Positions 51,201 to 64,000 of a stretch of DNA of 64,000 nucleotides are shown here, piece by piece. Origin of the DNA: Octopus sinensis. Taxonomy: Eukaryota. The stretch spans positions 1 to 64,000 of the forward strand of contig NW_021837043.1 in assembly GCF_006345805.1 (NCBI RefSeq), written 5' to 3'. Position 1 is the stretch's first letter. The number at the start of each line of letters is the position of its first letter. Below the pieces are notes generated by a model. That model did not search any database and was not told the origin of the DNA. It saw only the letters and a program-made list of their open reading frames with translations. Position numbers and translations under genes: made by a program.

Positions 51201-51318
51201 CTGCCTAAAGTAAATAAATAAGGTCACGTCTAGATGTGCACACTGAGCTCAAGCTCCACACGGAACGCGACCTTATAACACACCTCAAAAATTCTGAGGT
51301 CAATTTTGAGAACCACTT
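48231..51318 (-). mobile_element. Degraded hAT (Charlie/Buster-type) transposon
   Basis: CAGTGGTTCTCAAA at 48231 and TTTGAGAACCACT near 51317. Frameshifted transposase from ATG ~50174 with BED finger (CVEC...KKSKLRRH), HTIGESLVKP, ISLSNDTVKRR, FSFQIDET, IHCIFHREDL and LLMHTEGR. Confidence 0.85.
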
Positions 51319-51901
51319 TCAAGTTTAAAGTTTCGCCTAGTTACGTAGACGCTTAATTGACAAGGGAGATAACTGTAAGTTAATGAACAGATTTACTTCC
51401 CCTGTACTTTGATTCAAGTTTCTTCGTTTCATCACCTTAGAGCTGAGATCTTCATCAGATGTTGAAAGTGTAGACTATGATGTGGTTATGGTGTGCATTC
51501 TTTCTTAAAGCAATTAATAGCATAAATAAATAAGGGACAGAAACCAGCTAGATACTTCGGTCCATCTTGAGTTTACCACGTCTTCACTCATTATTCCAAC
51601 TGAAATTGTTACTCAGGTCAACTCTGATAACGAACCGTTCCAACTGTAAACATCTTTATCCTTTGATTCTTTTACTCGATTCACTCAATTTGACAGCGGC
51701 CATGTTGGAGCACCGTCTTAAAGGGTTTTAGTCGAAGAAATAGCCCCTATCGGTCTATTTTGCTGAGCTGCTAAGTTACAGGAACATAAATGTGCTAGCA
51801 TCGGTTGTCAAGCAATGGTGGGGGGGGGGGACAAACAGACACAAAGTCACACATACATAAATGCATACATACAGACAAACATAAACACACGCTCTTTCTC
51901 T

Positions 51902-51963
<62 letters not shown>

Positions 51964-52517
51964 GCACACGACGGGTTTTCAATTTCCGTCTACCAAATCC
52001 ACTCACAAGGCTTTGGTCAGCCCGAGGCTGTAGTAGAAGACACTTGCCCAATGTGCCATGCAGTGGGACTGAACTCGGAACCATGTGGTTGGTAAGCAAG
52101 TTTCTTCCACACAGCCACGCCTGCGCCTTTTTAAAAAATACTTTCAAGGCTAAATTGTTCAATATTCTTATTTTTTTTAAGACAGTAGGATGTGATTTGA
52201 AAGGGATTTGACTGTTGTTTTTGGTGGGTCGAGCGACCACGCGGAAGTTCTTCTTTTGTTATTGAACATCAAATGACAACGGTGATAGTTGAGTCGGTGG
52301 AAAATAGGAAACTAGGTGGGGTTTTTTTGGGGTGGGGGTGGGGTGGGGGTTATAGAGGGCTGCTTTAATGTTTTCGTCTCCCTCTCAGTCAGAAAATAAA
52401 ATGTGAGGAAGAAAAAGAAGCTGTTGTTGTTGTTGTTGATGATGATGATGATAATGATGATGATGATGATGACGATGATGACGATGATGATGATGATGAT
52501 GACGATGATGGTGATGT

Positions 52518-52561
<44 letters not shown>

Positions 52562-52562
52562 T

Positions 52563-52597
<35 letters not shown>

Positions 52598-52605
52598 GTG
52601 ATGAC

Positions 52606-52650
<45 letters not shown>

Positions 52651-52659
52651 GATGATGGT

Positions 52660-52692
<33 letters not shown>

Positions 52693-53025
52693 GATGATGA
52701 TGATGTTGATGACGATGATGATGATGATGACGATGATGATGATGATGTTGATGATGATGATGATGTTGATGGTGATGATGATGATGATGATGATGATGTG
52801 TTACACATAGTCGAGATTAGAATAATGTTCTTTTGTCTTCTGATTCCAAATATGAAGAAAACAAAACACCGTGCACTCAGGCATATGTGAACGCGTACAC
52901 ATGCTCACACGCCCCGCCCCATTCCACGCATATACACACATATCCAAACATACATATAGTGAGTATGTTTATGTGATAAAAGAGGAAATATGTTTGTCTG
53001 GTAATGAAGGCCATTTGTAGAATAT

Positions 53026-53056
<31 letters not shown>

Positions 53057-53141
53057 GTGTGAGTGTGAGAAAGGGAGAGAAAGGAGCGCTATAGATAGAA
53101 AGGTAGATAGATAGATAGATAAATAGAGGTAGATAGATAGG

Positions 53142-53180
<39 letters not shown>

Positions 53181-53239
53181 AGAGAGTGAGAGAGAGAGAG
53201 CGAGAGAGGAACACTATAGATAGAAAGGTAGATAGATAA

Positions 53240-53288
<49 letters not shown>

Positions 53289-53385
53289 CAAAGAGAGTGA
53301 GTGAGTGAGAGAGAGCGAGAGTGGAACACTATAGATAGAAAGGTAGATAGATAGAAAGATAAATAGAGGTAGATAGATAGGTAGG

Positions 53386-53431
<46 letters not shown>

Positions 53432-53462
53432 TAGATAGATAGATAGACAGACAGACAGATAG

Positions 53463-53500
<38 letters not shown>

Positions 53501-54134
53501 TGAGTGGGTGAGTGAGTGTGAGAGAGAGAGAGAGTGGGTGAGTGAGTGTGTGTGAGAAAGAGAGAGTGTGTGGGTGAATGAGTGAGAGTTGGCTTTGGTT
53601 TAATGTAAATTAGAAATTCATTAACTTATTTAGAGACGAAGAAAAAGAAAATGGACGGAACAGTTGTCCAAAGAAACGTAAAAAAAAAAAAAATGCACGT
53701 GAAGTGCAAATAGGTGAAAATAAGTGGGCATGATGCGAAATAAAAAGTTGGCAAATTGTTAAAAGAAATTATCTGACAGATAAAGAAAGAAAAAAAAGAT
53801 ATCATTTAGTAATTTTGGTTTGATAAATGACCTTGTACGTAATGATGGACTTCACGGTGAACTTAGCTGCAACAATCGAATATCAAAATTACAAGAATTT
53901 GGCAGTAAACATTTTTTTCTCTCTTTAACAACGAACAAATCTGCATTGAGAGCCAAAGAAGAGTCAATTAACTTTTGATGCTAAAAAGGGTTTCTGATTT
54001 CGAGAACGGCAATTGATCGGAGCTTTTATTTAAACAACATTTACCATAATTATTAGCGAACAGTTCTTGCGATTCTTGCCAATAGATAGCAAAAAAAAAA
54101 AAAAAAACCGTAGGTGGCTTACTGGCCGCATGTT

Positions 54135-54582
54135 TTACGTTTTTGTATTCATTTCGCGATATTCTTGATGTGAAATCGTTTGTTGAAACCGATATGGTTG
54201 TACTTTTGGCGATGGGTCACATTGCCAATAAAAACACACGCACAGGTTATATTTCACTTCAGTTTATTACTGGATGTTTATTACTTGTTTTGCGTTTTTG
54301 TATCTATTTCGCGATATTCTTGATGTGAAATCGTTTGTTGAAACCGATATGGTTGTACTTTTGGCGATGGGTCACATTGCCAATAAAAACACACGCACAG
54401 GTTATATTTCACTTCAGTTTATTACTGGATGTTTATTACTTGTTTTACGTTTTTGCATTTATTTCGCGATATTCTTGATATGAAATCGTTTGTTGAAACC
54501 GATATGGTTGTACTTTTGGCGATGGGTCACATTGCCAATGAAAACACACGCACAGGTTATATTTCACTTCAGTTTATTACTA
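54135..54582. repeat. 155-bp tandem repeat (~3 copies) of a dispersed family
   Basis: TTTCGCGATATTCTTGAT.TGAAATCGTTTGTTGAAACCG recurs. Related monomers at ~45180-45282 and ~46828-46940. Confidence 0.88.
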
Positions 54583-55709
54583 ATCAATTTGAAAGTTAAT
54601 ATCTTCGATTATTATTTTTTTTTCAAAAGCCTTTTTCTCAATCTGCGACCTTATCAATCCCCATGGGCCCATCAAGATTCTCCTCCTCCTCCTCGCCATT
54701 AATTCTATGTTTGCTGTTTGTCTCCATGTTACTTGATCTTACTTGATTGGTTGCTGTTATTTTACTCCAACCAAAGTCTATCTTTCTTTTCTTCTGGTGC
54801 AGTCAACCGAAACGGTTTACTTTCTAATCAATAGAACTAATGCGTATGTGCGTGTGTGTGTGTGTGTATAATTACGTGCGCGTACGCATGTGTTTGTGCA
54901 TGTGTGTTCTTTGTGAGCGAGTGCGTGCATGTGTGTGTAAGGGACGTCGAAAAGAAGAAAGGTAATTAGAATCTTAAAGAATGATGCCGGAGATCAAATT
55001 GGAGTTGTTAGAAGTAGTCGGGAAAATTGTGCCGTTGTTGATGATAAGAGTTGGTCTCAACAGTATTTTTGATAATGTTTGTCGGGCGAAGTAGTGCAGA
55101 GATAAATACTTGTCGGTTTATTGACACAGAAATCTGATATATCATTCCAGGCATTTTACACTCCGCTATCCTCTTGAGTATCATTGAACAAGTACATAAA
55201 CATCGCAGTTTTTCATAATCGACGAAAACCACACGTCCACGTCTACAAATCCTACCAAATGAGGTATGTGCTTCAGGTTTCATTTGTTTAAATTTCTGAG
55301 ATGAGAAATTATATACGCTGGGCAAAATGCTTAGCGGAAATTTCCTCCGTCTCTATGCTCTGAGTTCAAACTCTACCGGGGTCGACTTTGCCTTTCATCC
55401 TTTCAGGGGTCGATAAAATAAGTTTCAGTTGAGCACTGGGGTCGATATAATCTATTTCTTTACTACCCACAAGGGGCTAAACACAGAGAGGACAAACAAG
55501 GACAGACAAACGGATTAAGTCGATTACATCGATCCCAGTGCGTAACTGCTACTTCATTTATCGACCCCGAAAGGATGAAAGGCAAAGTTGACCTCGGTGG
55601 AATTTGAACTCAGTACGCATTTCGCCCGGCGTGCTAACGTTTCTGCCAGCTCGCCGCGATATAATCGTCTAATACCCGTACCCGCCAATTTCAGGCCTTC
55701 TGCCTATAA

Positions 55710-56279
55710 TATTGGGTTGTCCGGAAAGTTCGTGCCGATTTATAGTAGCTTACATTTCGACTTATTTTAGAACATGGTTGAGTCCATAAAATAGGATTTG
55801 ACTACACCTCCATTTAGAGCACAGTTTAAGCTATCTTTTCGTCGAAGAAGGTTGATGTTCCTCTAACCTGTGTTAATTTTGTAACCCTTTAAAATGGAAG
55901 ATAAGAAAGTTCATTTTCGGCACTTGATGCTTTGGGAACCAGACAAAAATTGCTGCAGCTTGGCTGGGATGTGTTACCCCATCCTCCATATTCACCAGAT
56001 ATTGCTCCTTCGGATTTCCACTTATTCAGGTCTCTGCAGAATAGTCTTAATGGTAAAAATTTCAATTCCTTGGATGACATAAAAAGATACCTTGATGAAT
56101 TCCTTGCCATGAAACCACCTCAATTCTGGGAAGAGGGTATTTTCAAGTTAAAGGAAAGATGGAGACGCATTGTGCAACAAAATGGTTCATATTTGGTTGA
56201 TTAAAAATGTAATGGCAAGTATTTATTGACCTTCTTCTTTCCTTAGAAAATCGGCACGAACTTTCCGGACAACCCAATA
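55710..56279 (+). mobile_element. Internally deleted mariner element with intact TIRs
   Basis: TA + TTGGGTTGTCCGGAAAGTTCGTGCCGATTT at the left end, exact reverse complement + TA at the right end. N-terminus MEDKKVHFRHLMLWE is fused out of frame to C-terminus HPPYSPDIAPSDFHLF. Confidence 0.93.
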
Positions 56280-56697
56280 GAAAGGACTATTATACACATA
56301 TACATTCCAACTAATGTCCTCATCTTAGTTGTTATAGAAACAGCATTTCAATCGTTCTGTGTTCAAGCCTTCATCAGACCCCTATCGTATTTGGTAACCT
56401 CTAAATACGATAGGGGTCGGAATTTTGTTGTGAACGTTGTGAGCAATATTTGGTTGACGAGAAATTCCTGGATGTCCGTTGGAGGCATCTTTCCTATTCA
56501 TGGATGGTACACTTAATCAGTTACTTGGTTTTATACACTATTTGGCTGTTTGCAATCTTTAAAGGAAGGTACTCTGTTGTATGTACTTCAGTCTAGGTCT
56601 TCGATTTAAGGAGAAGTGCATTCTTCTTCACATTAGACTGGAACGGTCCTGAAAGCATTTAGAGTGCTACCCTTCCTTCACTAACTCACCAATAAAA

Positions 56698-56910
56698 TAC
56701 GAGGGAATGCTGAAAAGTTCCTAGCTTTGAATAAAAGAAAATACAGGAGGATCAGTTAATTATGATTTTATTCAACATATTCCCCTCCCAGATACGCACA
56801 CTTATTGCAGTGGTCCTTCAGATTTTCTAAGCCATTTAAAAGAACTCGGGCCTCCAACCAGGCCTTTCGCAATTCCCTTAAAGCCAGAAACCTTCCAGCA
56901 TATCCTCGTA
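56698..56910. mobile_element. Mariner-derived MITE
   Basis: TACGAGGGAATGCTGAAAAGTTCC... and ...CCTTCCAGCATATCCTCGTA form imperfect TIRs with TA ends. Confidence 0.75.
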
Positions 56911-57330
56911 AATAATCCGAATTGTAAAAAAAAAAAAAATTAAGAAATGAGCCAATAGTTTTTGTCAACAATTTTATAAACATTCTTTAAAATAAAGTTT
57001 GTGTTAGATTCTCTGACAGACATAGTAATTTAGAAATTGCAAATTTAATTAAACAGTTCAGAATACTAAAAAAATGTAACGCGTTAATAAAAAACTGAAC
57101 ACCACCGCTTTGTGTTTCGTCATTTATATCTAAACTTCACAGCTTTTAAAGTCCAGGATTTCTTGTGCATTTTTTTTTTAAAACAAGAGAAGAAATGAAG
57201 AAATGACATACGCCATGTCTATAATTTGGTATGTTGATTCTGTAATGAAGGAAACAAAAAAGATATGTTTATTGAGACAAAACGTATGATTTTCAGATTC
57301 ACAGGAAGTTTTAGAAAACGAAAGTAGATA

Positions 57331-57575
57331 AATCATCACTACTCTACTGTGTGTTCTACCTGTCTATGAGTAGGGAACATCGAGGGGAGAGTCACACAGT
57401 CACCACAGTTTTTTAAATCATCACTACTCTACTGTGTGTTCTACCTGTCTATGAGTAGGGAACATCGAGGGGAGAGTCACCACAGTCACCACAGTTTTTT
57501 AAATCATCACTACTCTACTGTGTGTTCTACCTGTCTATGAGTAGGGAACATCGAGGGGAGAGTCAGTCACCGCAG
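57331..57575. repeat. ~84-bp tandem triplication
   Basis: AAATCATCACTACTCTACTGTGTGTTCTACCTGTCTATGAGTAGGGAACATCGAGGGGAGAGTCA occurs three times. Confidence 0.9.
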
Positions 57576-58722
57576 TTCTACAGGTATGAAAAGTGTTCCC
57601 GTTTGAAAAGAAAACTTGCCAAGATTTCTTAGTCATACAAAGTATTAAAAAAAACAAAATGTTCCTTCTCGAGCCATGCCAGGCTCATAAGGGCCGGTTT
57701 CCCGGTTTCAGTGGCTTAGAAATTCCCCCACCTGGACGGGACGCCGGTCCGTCGCTGGATTACTCATTTTTGCCAGCTGAGTGGACTGGAACAACGTGAA
57801 AATGAAGTGTTTTGCTCAAGAAAACAACGCATCGTCCGGTCCAAGAATCGAAACCACAACATTACGATCATGAGTCCAACACCCTAACCACTAAGCCACG
57901 CGTCTCCACAAACAAAGTATTTAGTTTATTTTAATTTCAGAATATTTGTTGATTGCAATAGGATTCTCAATAACACAAAACAAGCTATCATTTACCGTAT
58001 TTTCCGGCACACAAGTTGATGTAGTACATTGTTTAAGCATGAAGTGTAAACATTCAAACATTGTCACTATCTTCACAAATCCTGCCGAATTTCATATGGA
58101 AGCTTTCGTCCTTCAAAGTCGTCTTGGTGTTTTAGCCGACCTACGGGTTTTTTTTTTTACTACAAACTTTGAAAACTTTGACTTGTTTGCCGGAAAGTAC
58201 GGTATACTAAAATGGTCTTAATTTTGATTTAGCATAAGAATTTGTTGTTGTTGTTGTTGTTGTTTAGTTTCCTGTACTCTTTTACTCTTTTACTTGTTTC
58301 AGCCATTTGACTGTGGCCATGCTGGAGCACCACCTTTAGTCGAGTCAATAGGTACTAGGACTTATTCTTTGTAAGCCTAGTACTTATTCTATCGGTCTCT
58401 TTTGCCGAACCGCTAATTTACGGGGACGTAAACACACCAACATCAGTTGTCAAGTGATGTTGGAGGGACAAACACATACATACATACATACATACATACA
58501 CACACATACACACGCACACACACACACACACATACGACGAGCTTCTTTCAGTTTCCGTCTACCAAATCCACTCACAAGGCTTTGGTCGGCCCGAGGCTAT
58601 AGTAGAAGACACTTGCCCAAGGTTCCACGCAGTGGGATTGAACCCGGGACCATGTGGTTGGTAAGCAAGCTACTTACCACACAGCCACTCCTGCGCCTAT
58701 CTCAACATTTCACAATTGACTA

Positions 58723-59132
58723 CTAATTAACAGTTACTTCAACAGTGAAATGGGAACAAACCTTTGATTGGATATCATCTGATTTATAAACCGATGTCAT
58801 AGCATCTTCGTAAGTTGGTAAGGAAGAAGAATCTCCCAGAGTTTGGTGAGAGTAGCTTAAGTTGTTCCTGATATTGTTATTTGGTGTGTCGGATTGGTAA
58901 GAAACCGTTGAGAAAAGACTGTCAGTCTGCGAGAAGGCACTGTCAGTGGAAACACTTCTATCGATTCCTTTGTGTTGGTCACTTGAATCATCGTCATCAT
59001 CGGAAGAAGAAGAATCGGACGAAAACTCAGACTTTGATGCCAAATTTGGTAAGCTTCCGACGGTGCTAACCATTGCTAACGATGCAAATTCACTAAGAGC
59101 TTTTAGTGCCAGACTGCTCCGTTTTCGTTTTT
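58723..59132 (-). CDS. Terminal exon of the same unidentified gene; Ser/Asp-rich tail with an LPxY motif
   Basis: Long polypyrimidine tract plus ttttag acceptor; phase 1 joins to give ...MPA-E-KRKRSSLALKALSEFASLAMVSTVGSLPNL...SSSLPTYEDAM...VTVN*. Non-repetitive, open for ~136 codons. Confidence 0.72.
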
Positions 59133-60938
59133 CTAAAAAGAAAGAAAAAAAGGAAAAAAAAAAAAAGAGAAATCAACGTAATAAAGTAATATTATTTTTC
59201 GTTTTTGGATTTGGTTTGTAAGATTCTTTATATGAGTTCGTGTGTTGAAGCATATTCCGTTGTGTCCGGGGTCACAAAAAGGCACGAAAAGAAAATTACT
59301 CTCCCCAGACACAACAGGAAGTAATATTAGATCAACAGCTTTATTTACAAACTGATTTGCTTCACGCCATAAACTCTCCGTTGTCAGTCATCTTAAATTA
59401 TTAAAAAGTCACACGCCATCATTATTAGTTTTCTAGAAGTTGACTCTTAAACGTTTTACCAAAACAGGTCTTTCACCATTCTCTGAGTGTCTGATCCTAG
59501 TTTTACAGCTGGTAAACACTAAGAACCCCAGGAGAATCGGCAATACTAGTAGTAGAGATATATATTTTGTTGTTAATTCAAACTATAGTGGAAGCGCAAT
59601 GGCACAGTAGTTAGGGCAGCAGACTCGCGGTTGAAGGATCGCGGTTTCGATTCCCAGACCGGGCGTTGTGTGTGTTTATTGAGTGAAAACGCCTAAAAGC
59701 TCCACGATGCTCCGGCAGGGGGTGGTTGCGACCCCTATTGTACTCTTTCGCCCCAACTTTCTTTCACTCTCTCTTCGTGTAGGCTTAGCTTGATAAAGCT
59801 AATTCTCTATTAGTAGGCAGTATTTTTTAATCCTCTCCGTAGAGATTATTCTGTGTAGAGGCCACAGCGTTAATAGTGTAGCGACTGCTGCAATCTTATT
59901 GCTGCGACCATGAAACTTATTTTTTCATAGTTTAGACAGATTTAACGACTTGAGACTAAGCTAGCCTCAAATCATTAAAGCCTTGTTGTAGAGTTTGATA
60001 AGCGGAATTGTGTAGAAGTCTTAGGGAGACCATTCTTGTTTTTTTTCGAATAATATGCATAGTCTGTCGCCTGATTTAATACCATCAATTGGCTCTTGAG
60101 TATCTTCAACAGGGCCCAGATTTCTTATTTCTTTATTGCCCACAAGGGGCTAAATATAGAGGGGACAAACAAGGACAGACAAAGGAATTAAGTCGATTAC
60201 ATCGACCCAGTGCGCAACTGGTACTTATTTAATCGACCCCGGAAGGATGAAAGGCAAAGTCGACCTCGGCGGAATTTGAACCCAGAATGTAGTGGCAGAC
60301 GAAATACCTATTTCTTTACTACCTACAAGGGGCTAAACACAGAGAGGACAAACAGGTACAAGACAAAGGAATTAAGTCGATTACATCGACCCCAGTGCGT
60401 AACTGGTACTTAATTTATCGACCCCAAAAGGATGAAAGGCAAAGTCGACCTCGGCGGAATTTGAACTCAGAGCGTAACGGCAGACGAAATACGGCTACGC
60501 ATTTCGCCCGGCGTGCTAACGTTTCTGTCAGCTCGCATTCAGGCCAAAATTAAGGTCCGAAAATGATTTCATTCCATCAGTCTCTCAGGTCAAGGAAAAA
60601 AAAAAAAAAAAAAAAAGGTGCTCTCCTCTTGTAATTAAATCATGTAAAAAGACAATGTGCTTCAGTATCTAATTTTGAAACGGGAACCCCCAAACAAGAC
60701 CTTGTAAGCCCTGTGCTGTCTTTACTAACTCTAGATGCAACATTTTTATACTCACAAGGCGAGCGCCATAGGGTGACATTTAGGTGAATTAATTCTTCGA
60801 TCAATTTTTATTTCGTATTGGAAGCTAATTTATTCCATCTGCGTCCTTAGAAAACTACGTAAAAATCGCAGTCTTATTTTTTCTCGCGTATAGTACCGTA
60901 GACCCGTGTCTAAATAACGAATCACTACAAATACTCAC

Positions 60939-61017
60939 CAGCTGGCATACAAGCTGTAATCTGATATTCAGGAACTCCAAACTTCCGACAGACACCTTGA
61001 AGAGATTTGGTTTGCAC
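60939..61017 (-). CDS. Internal exon of an unidentified gene (VQTKSLQGVCRKFGVPEYQITACMPA)
   Basis: tttccatag acceptor, open frame, G|gtgagt donor. The 79-nt exon leaves phase 1, which matches the next exon. Confidence 0.7.
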
Positions 61018-61323
61018 CTATGGAAATAGAGACAATACTTTAGTCATTTGAAACTACGAAAGATGATATCGCTACAAAAAAAATTATGTGAATTATTTCT
61101 CTTTAAAATCTCTAATTTCTGACAGTTACACTCAGTGATATTAAATCCTGTAAATAGACTGTCAAATAGCAAACTGCTGCGATATATATGAGGGGGAACG
61201 ACCGAGGGAGTTGGCGAGAGAGAGAGAAAGAGAGAGAGAGAGAAAGGGGGAGAGAAAGAGAGAGAGAGAAAGAGAGAGAGAGAGAACGAGAGGAAAGAGA
61301 TGAGGAGAGAGGGAGGGAGGAAG

Positions 61324-61361
<38 letters not shown>

Positions 61362-61614
61362 GAAAGAGATGGGGAGAGAGTGAGGGAGAGAGCGGGAGGG
61401 AGGAGAGAGAGAGACAGAGAAAGAGAAAAAGAGAATGACGTAAGGGAAAGAGAGAGGAGAGAGTGAGGGTGAGAGAAAGAATAAGGAAGAAAGTGAGGGA
61501 GAGAGAGAGGGAGTGGAGAGAGTGAGAGAAAGAGAGGGCGAGACATTGAAAGAGAGAAAGAGACAGGGAGCGAATGAGAGAGAGAGAAAGACAGAGAGAA
61601 AGAGATGGTGAGTT

Positions 61615-61653
<39 letters not shown>

Positions 61654-61731
61654 CTTTGAAAGAGAGAAAGAGACAGGGAGCGAGCGAGCGAGCGAGAGAG
61701 AGAGACAGAGAGAAAGAAAGAGATGGTGAGG

Positions 61732-61762
<31 letters not shown>

Positions 61763-62127
61763 TGGCAAAAGAGATGTGAAAATAGGTCTTAATTACAGTA
61801 GAAATGATTACTTTTTGACTCATTATCCCTTTCTGGGTTTCTTGTTTTATTTGTAGCGGATATTATTAGCCAAGGGAGAAACTCCGACAAGATTTAAGCT
61901 AAAAAAATACGATTTTGTTTCTTCAAAATTTTGTTATTTCATTGAAGTCTCAATTGTGTGATAAACATTCAAGTTTGACATCGAAAAGAGTTGAAACCAT
62001 GAGCTGATAAGTAGTAGTAGTAGTAGTAGTAGTGGTAGTAGTAGTAGTGGTAGTGGTAGTAGTAGTAGTAGTGGTGGTAGTGGTAGTAGTAGTAGTAGTG
62101 GTGGTGGTGGTGGTAGTAGTAGTGGTA

Positions 62128-62194
<67 letters not shown>

Positions 62195-62213
62195 GGTAGT
62201 GGTAGTAGTAGTG

Positions 62214-62245
<32 letters not shown>

Positions 62246-62517
62246 GGTGGTGGTGGTGGTATCACCCGAGGCTCGTGTCCTTATCCAGCAGATTTACGGT
62301 CAAAAACGTTGTAACAGACTACGTTGTAGATCGGCGTCCCGTCCAGGTGGGGAACCTATACGCCAAGGAAACCGGGGAAACCGGCCCTTATGAGCCAGAT
62401 GTGGCTCGAGAAGGAACAAACTATTTTGGTCTACATCAGTGGTTCCCAACCTTTTCACTATCAAGGACCTCTTTTATTTAAATGGGGTTTCCTATGAACT
62501 TATTTTGATATGCTTAT

Positions 62518-62575
<58 letters not shown>

Positions 62576-62753
62576 GAGGATTCACACACACAAAAAAAGA
62601 CAAAGACAGGTAGTGTAGACAACAAACAGATGTATTAGTTTAACGCTCGGGAAGTGAAAAAAGTCTTTAAAACGTTTCGAGCATACGCTCTTCCACAGAA
62701 CGGAACACAGAAAGAAACAAGGAGAGAAAATAAAGAATGTGTAGTGGCTAGCG

Positions 62754-62792
<39 letters not shown>

Positions 62793-63764
62793 CTCCTTCT
62801 TATTTCTTTATTACCCACAAGGGGCTAAACACAGAGGGGACAAACAAGGACAGACAAACGGATTAAGTCGATTATATCGACCCCAGTGCGTAACTGGTAC
62901 TTATTTAATCGACCCCGAAAGGATGAAAGGCAAAGTCGACCTCGGCGGAATTTGAACTCAGAAACGTAACGGCAGACGAAATACCGCTAAGCATTTCGCC
63001 CGGCGTGCTAACGTTTCTGCCAGCTCGCCACCTCGTTTGTGAATCTGTATTGTCGCGGCAAAGCAACGAGATATGCCACGTAACCCACTTTTGCAAATCA
63101 GTGGCTCTGTTACGACAAAATGGGAAAGAAAAGTTGAAAGTCTTTGCATTATCGAAAAATTTGAGATCATAACGGCAGTCAGTTGAGTGTTTCTTTCATT
63201 GCAGTCGGAATTAAATATCAAGAGAGGACTTTTTACGGTGGCAGATTACTTTAGCTTCTTAATAGTGCGACACACACACATACATGCATGCATGTATACA
63301 TACATACATACATACATACATACATGCATACATACATACATACATACATACATACATGTATACATACATACGTGCATAAATACATATATACATACATACA
63401 GACATACGTACATACATATATACATACATACACACACACATACATACATACATACATACATACATACATACATACATACATACATACATACATACATACA
63501 TACATACATACATACATACATACATTCATACAGACAGACAGACAGACAGGAATACGTGCATAAATACATATATACATACATACATACATATACACACATA
63601 TATACATACGTACATACATACATACACGCAAAAACACGTACATATATGCACATACACACACACACGCGCGCGCGCGCGCACACACACATATATATAAACG
63701 CACACAGGCGTACATATCTAAACTCATTGTCACACATCCAAATGCACCCACCTACTCGCATACA

Positions 63765-63803
<39 letters not shown>

Positions 63804-64000
63804 GTACCTGTATGTCTGTGTATGTCACATACACATACACACGCACAATAACAAAAACTATATATGTTATATACAGACACGCCTCTTTTTACACTCACCC
63901 ACATGACCTCCATGCATTCATCCACACCCACCCACACTAAACACCCCGACTCTGACAGACAGACAGACAGGAATACGTGCATAAATATATATACATACAT

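Noticed and set aside
55008-55325. 105-aa ORF with faint GIY-YIG-like 'GMIYQI'
   Set aside because: It starts inside a SINE, the second motif is missing, and no splice signals support it.
56377-56418. 16-bp perfect hairpin resembling a terminator
   Set aside because: Rho-independent terminators are not relevant in animal nuclear DNA; most likely a small fold-back insertion.

Overview
Repeat-rich eukaryotic (animal) DNA. The SINE families and microsatellite load point to an octopus genome (inference). Three spliced protein-coding genes are supported. (1) A 135-aa stand-alone PPC/DUF296-domain gene on the minus strand (exons 23201-23040 and 18259-18014). (2) An intact 228-aa PDX2/SNO (PdxT) PLP-synthase glutaminase subunit on the plus strand (exons 44500-44847 and 45702-46040), divergent from the PPC gene. 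(3) The last two exons of an unidentified minus-strand gene (61017-60939, 59132-58723). The rest is mostly mobile DNA: four SINE-like families, degraded RTE/CR1/CRE non-LTR elements, mariner/Tc1, hAT (Charlie/Buster), Chapaev3, piggyBac-type and Merlin/MULE-type MITEs, a solo LTR, satellites and microsatellites. The most interesting observations are an apparent vitamin B6 de novo enzyme in an animal and minimal hammerhead-ribozyme-like motifs in several repeat families, with compensatory 3-8 core pairs (C-G, G-C, U-A). Also notable are a ~169-bp satellite derived from a piggyBac-type MITE, a ~394-bp near-perfect palindrome just upstream of the PDX2 coding exon, and several templated or inverted insertions whose donors lie in this window.
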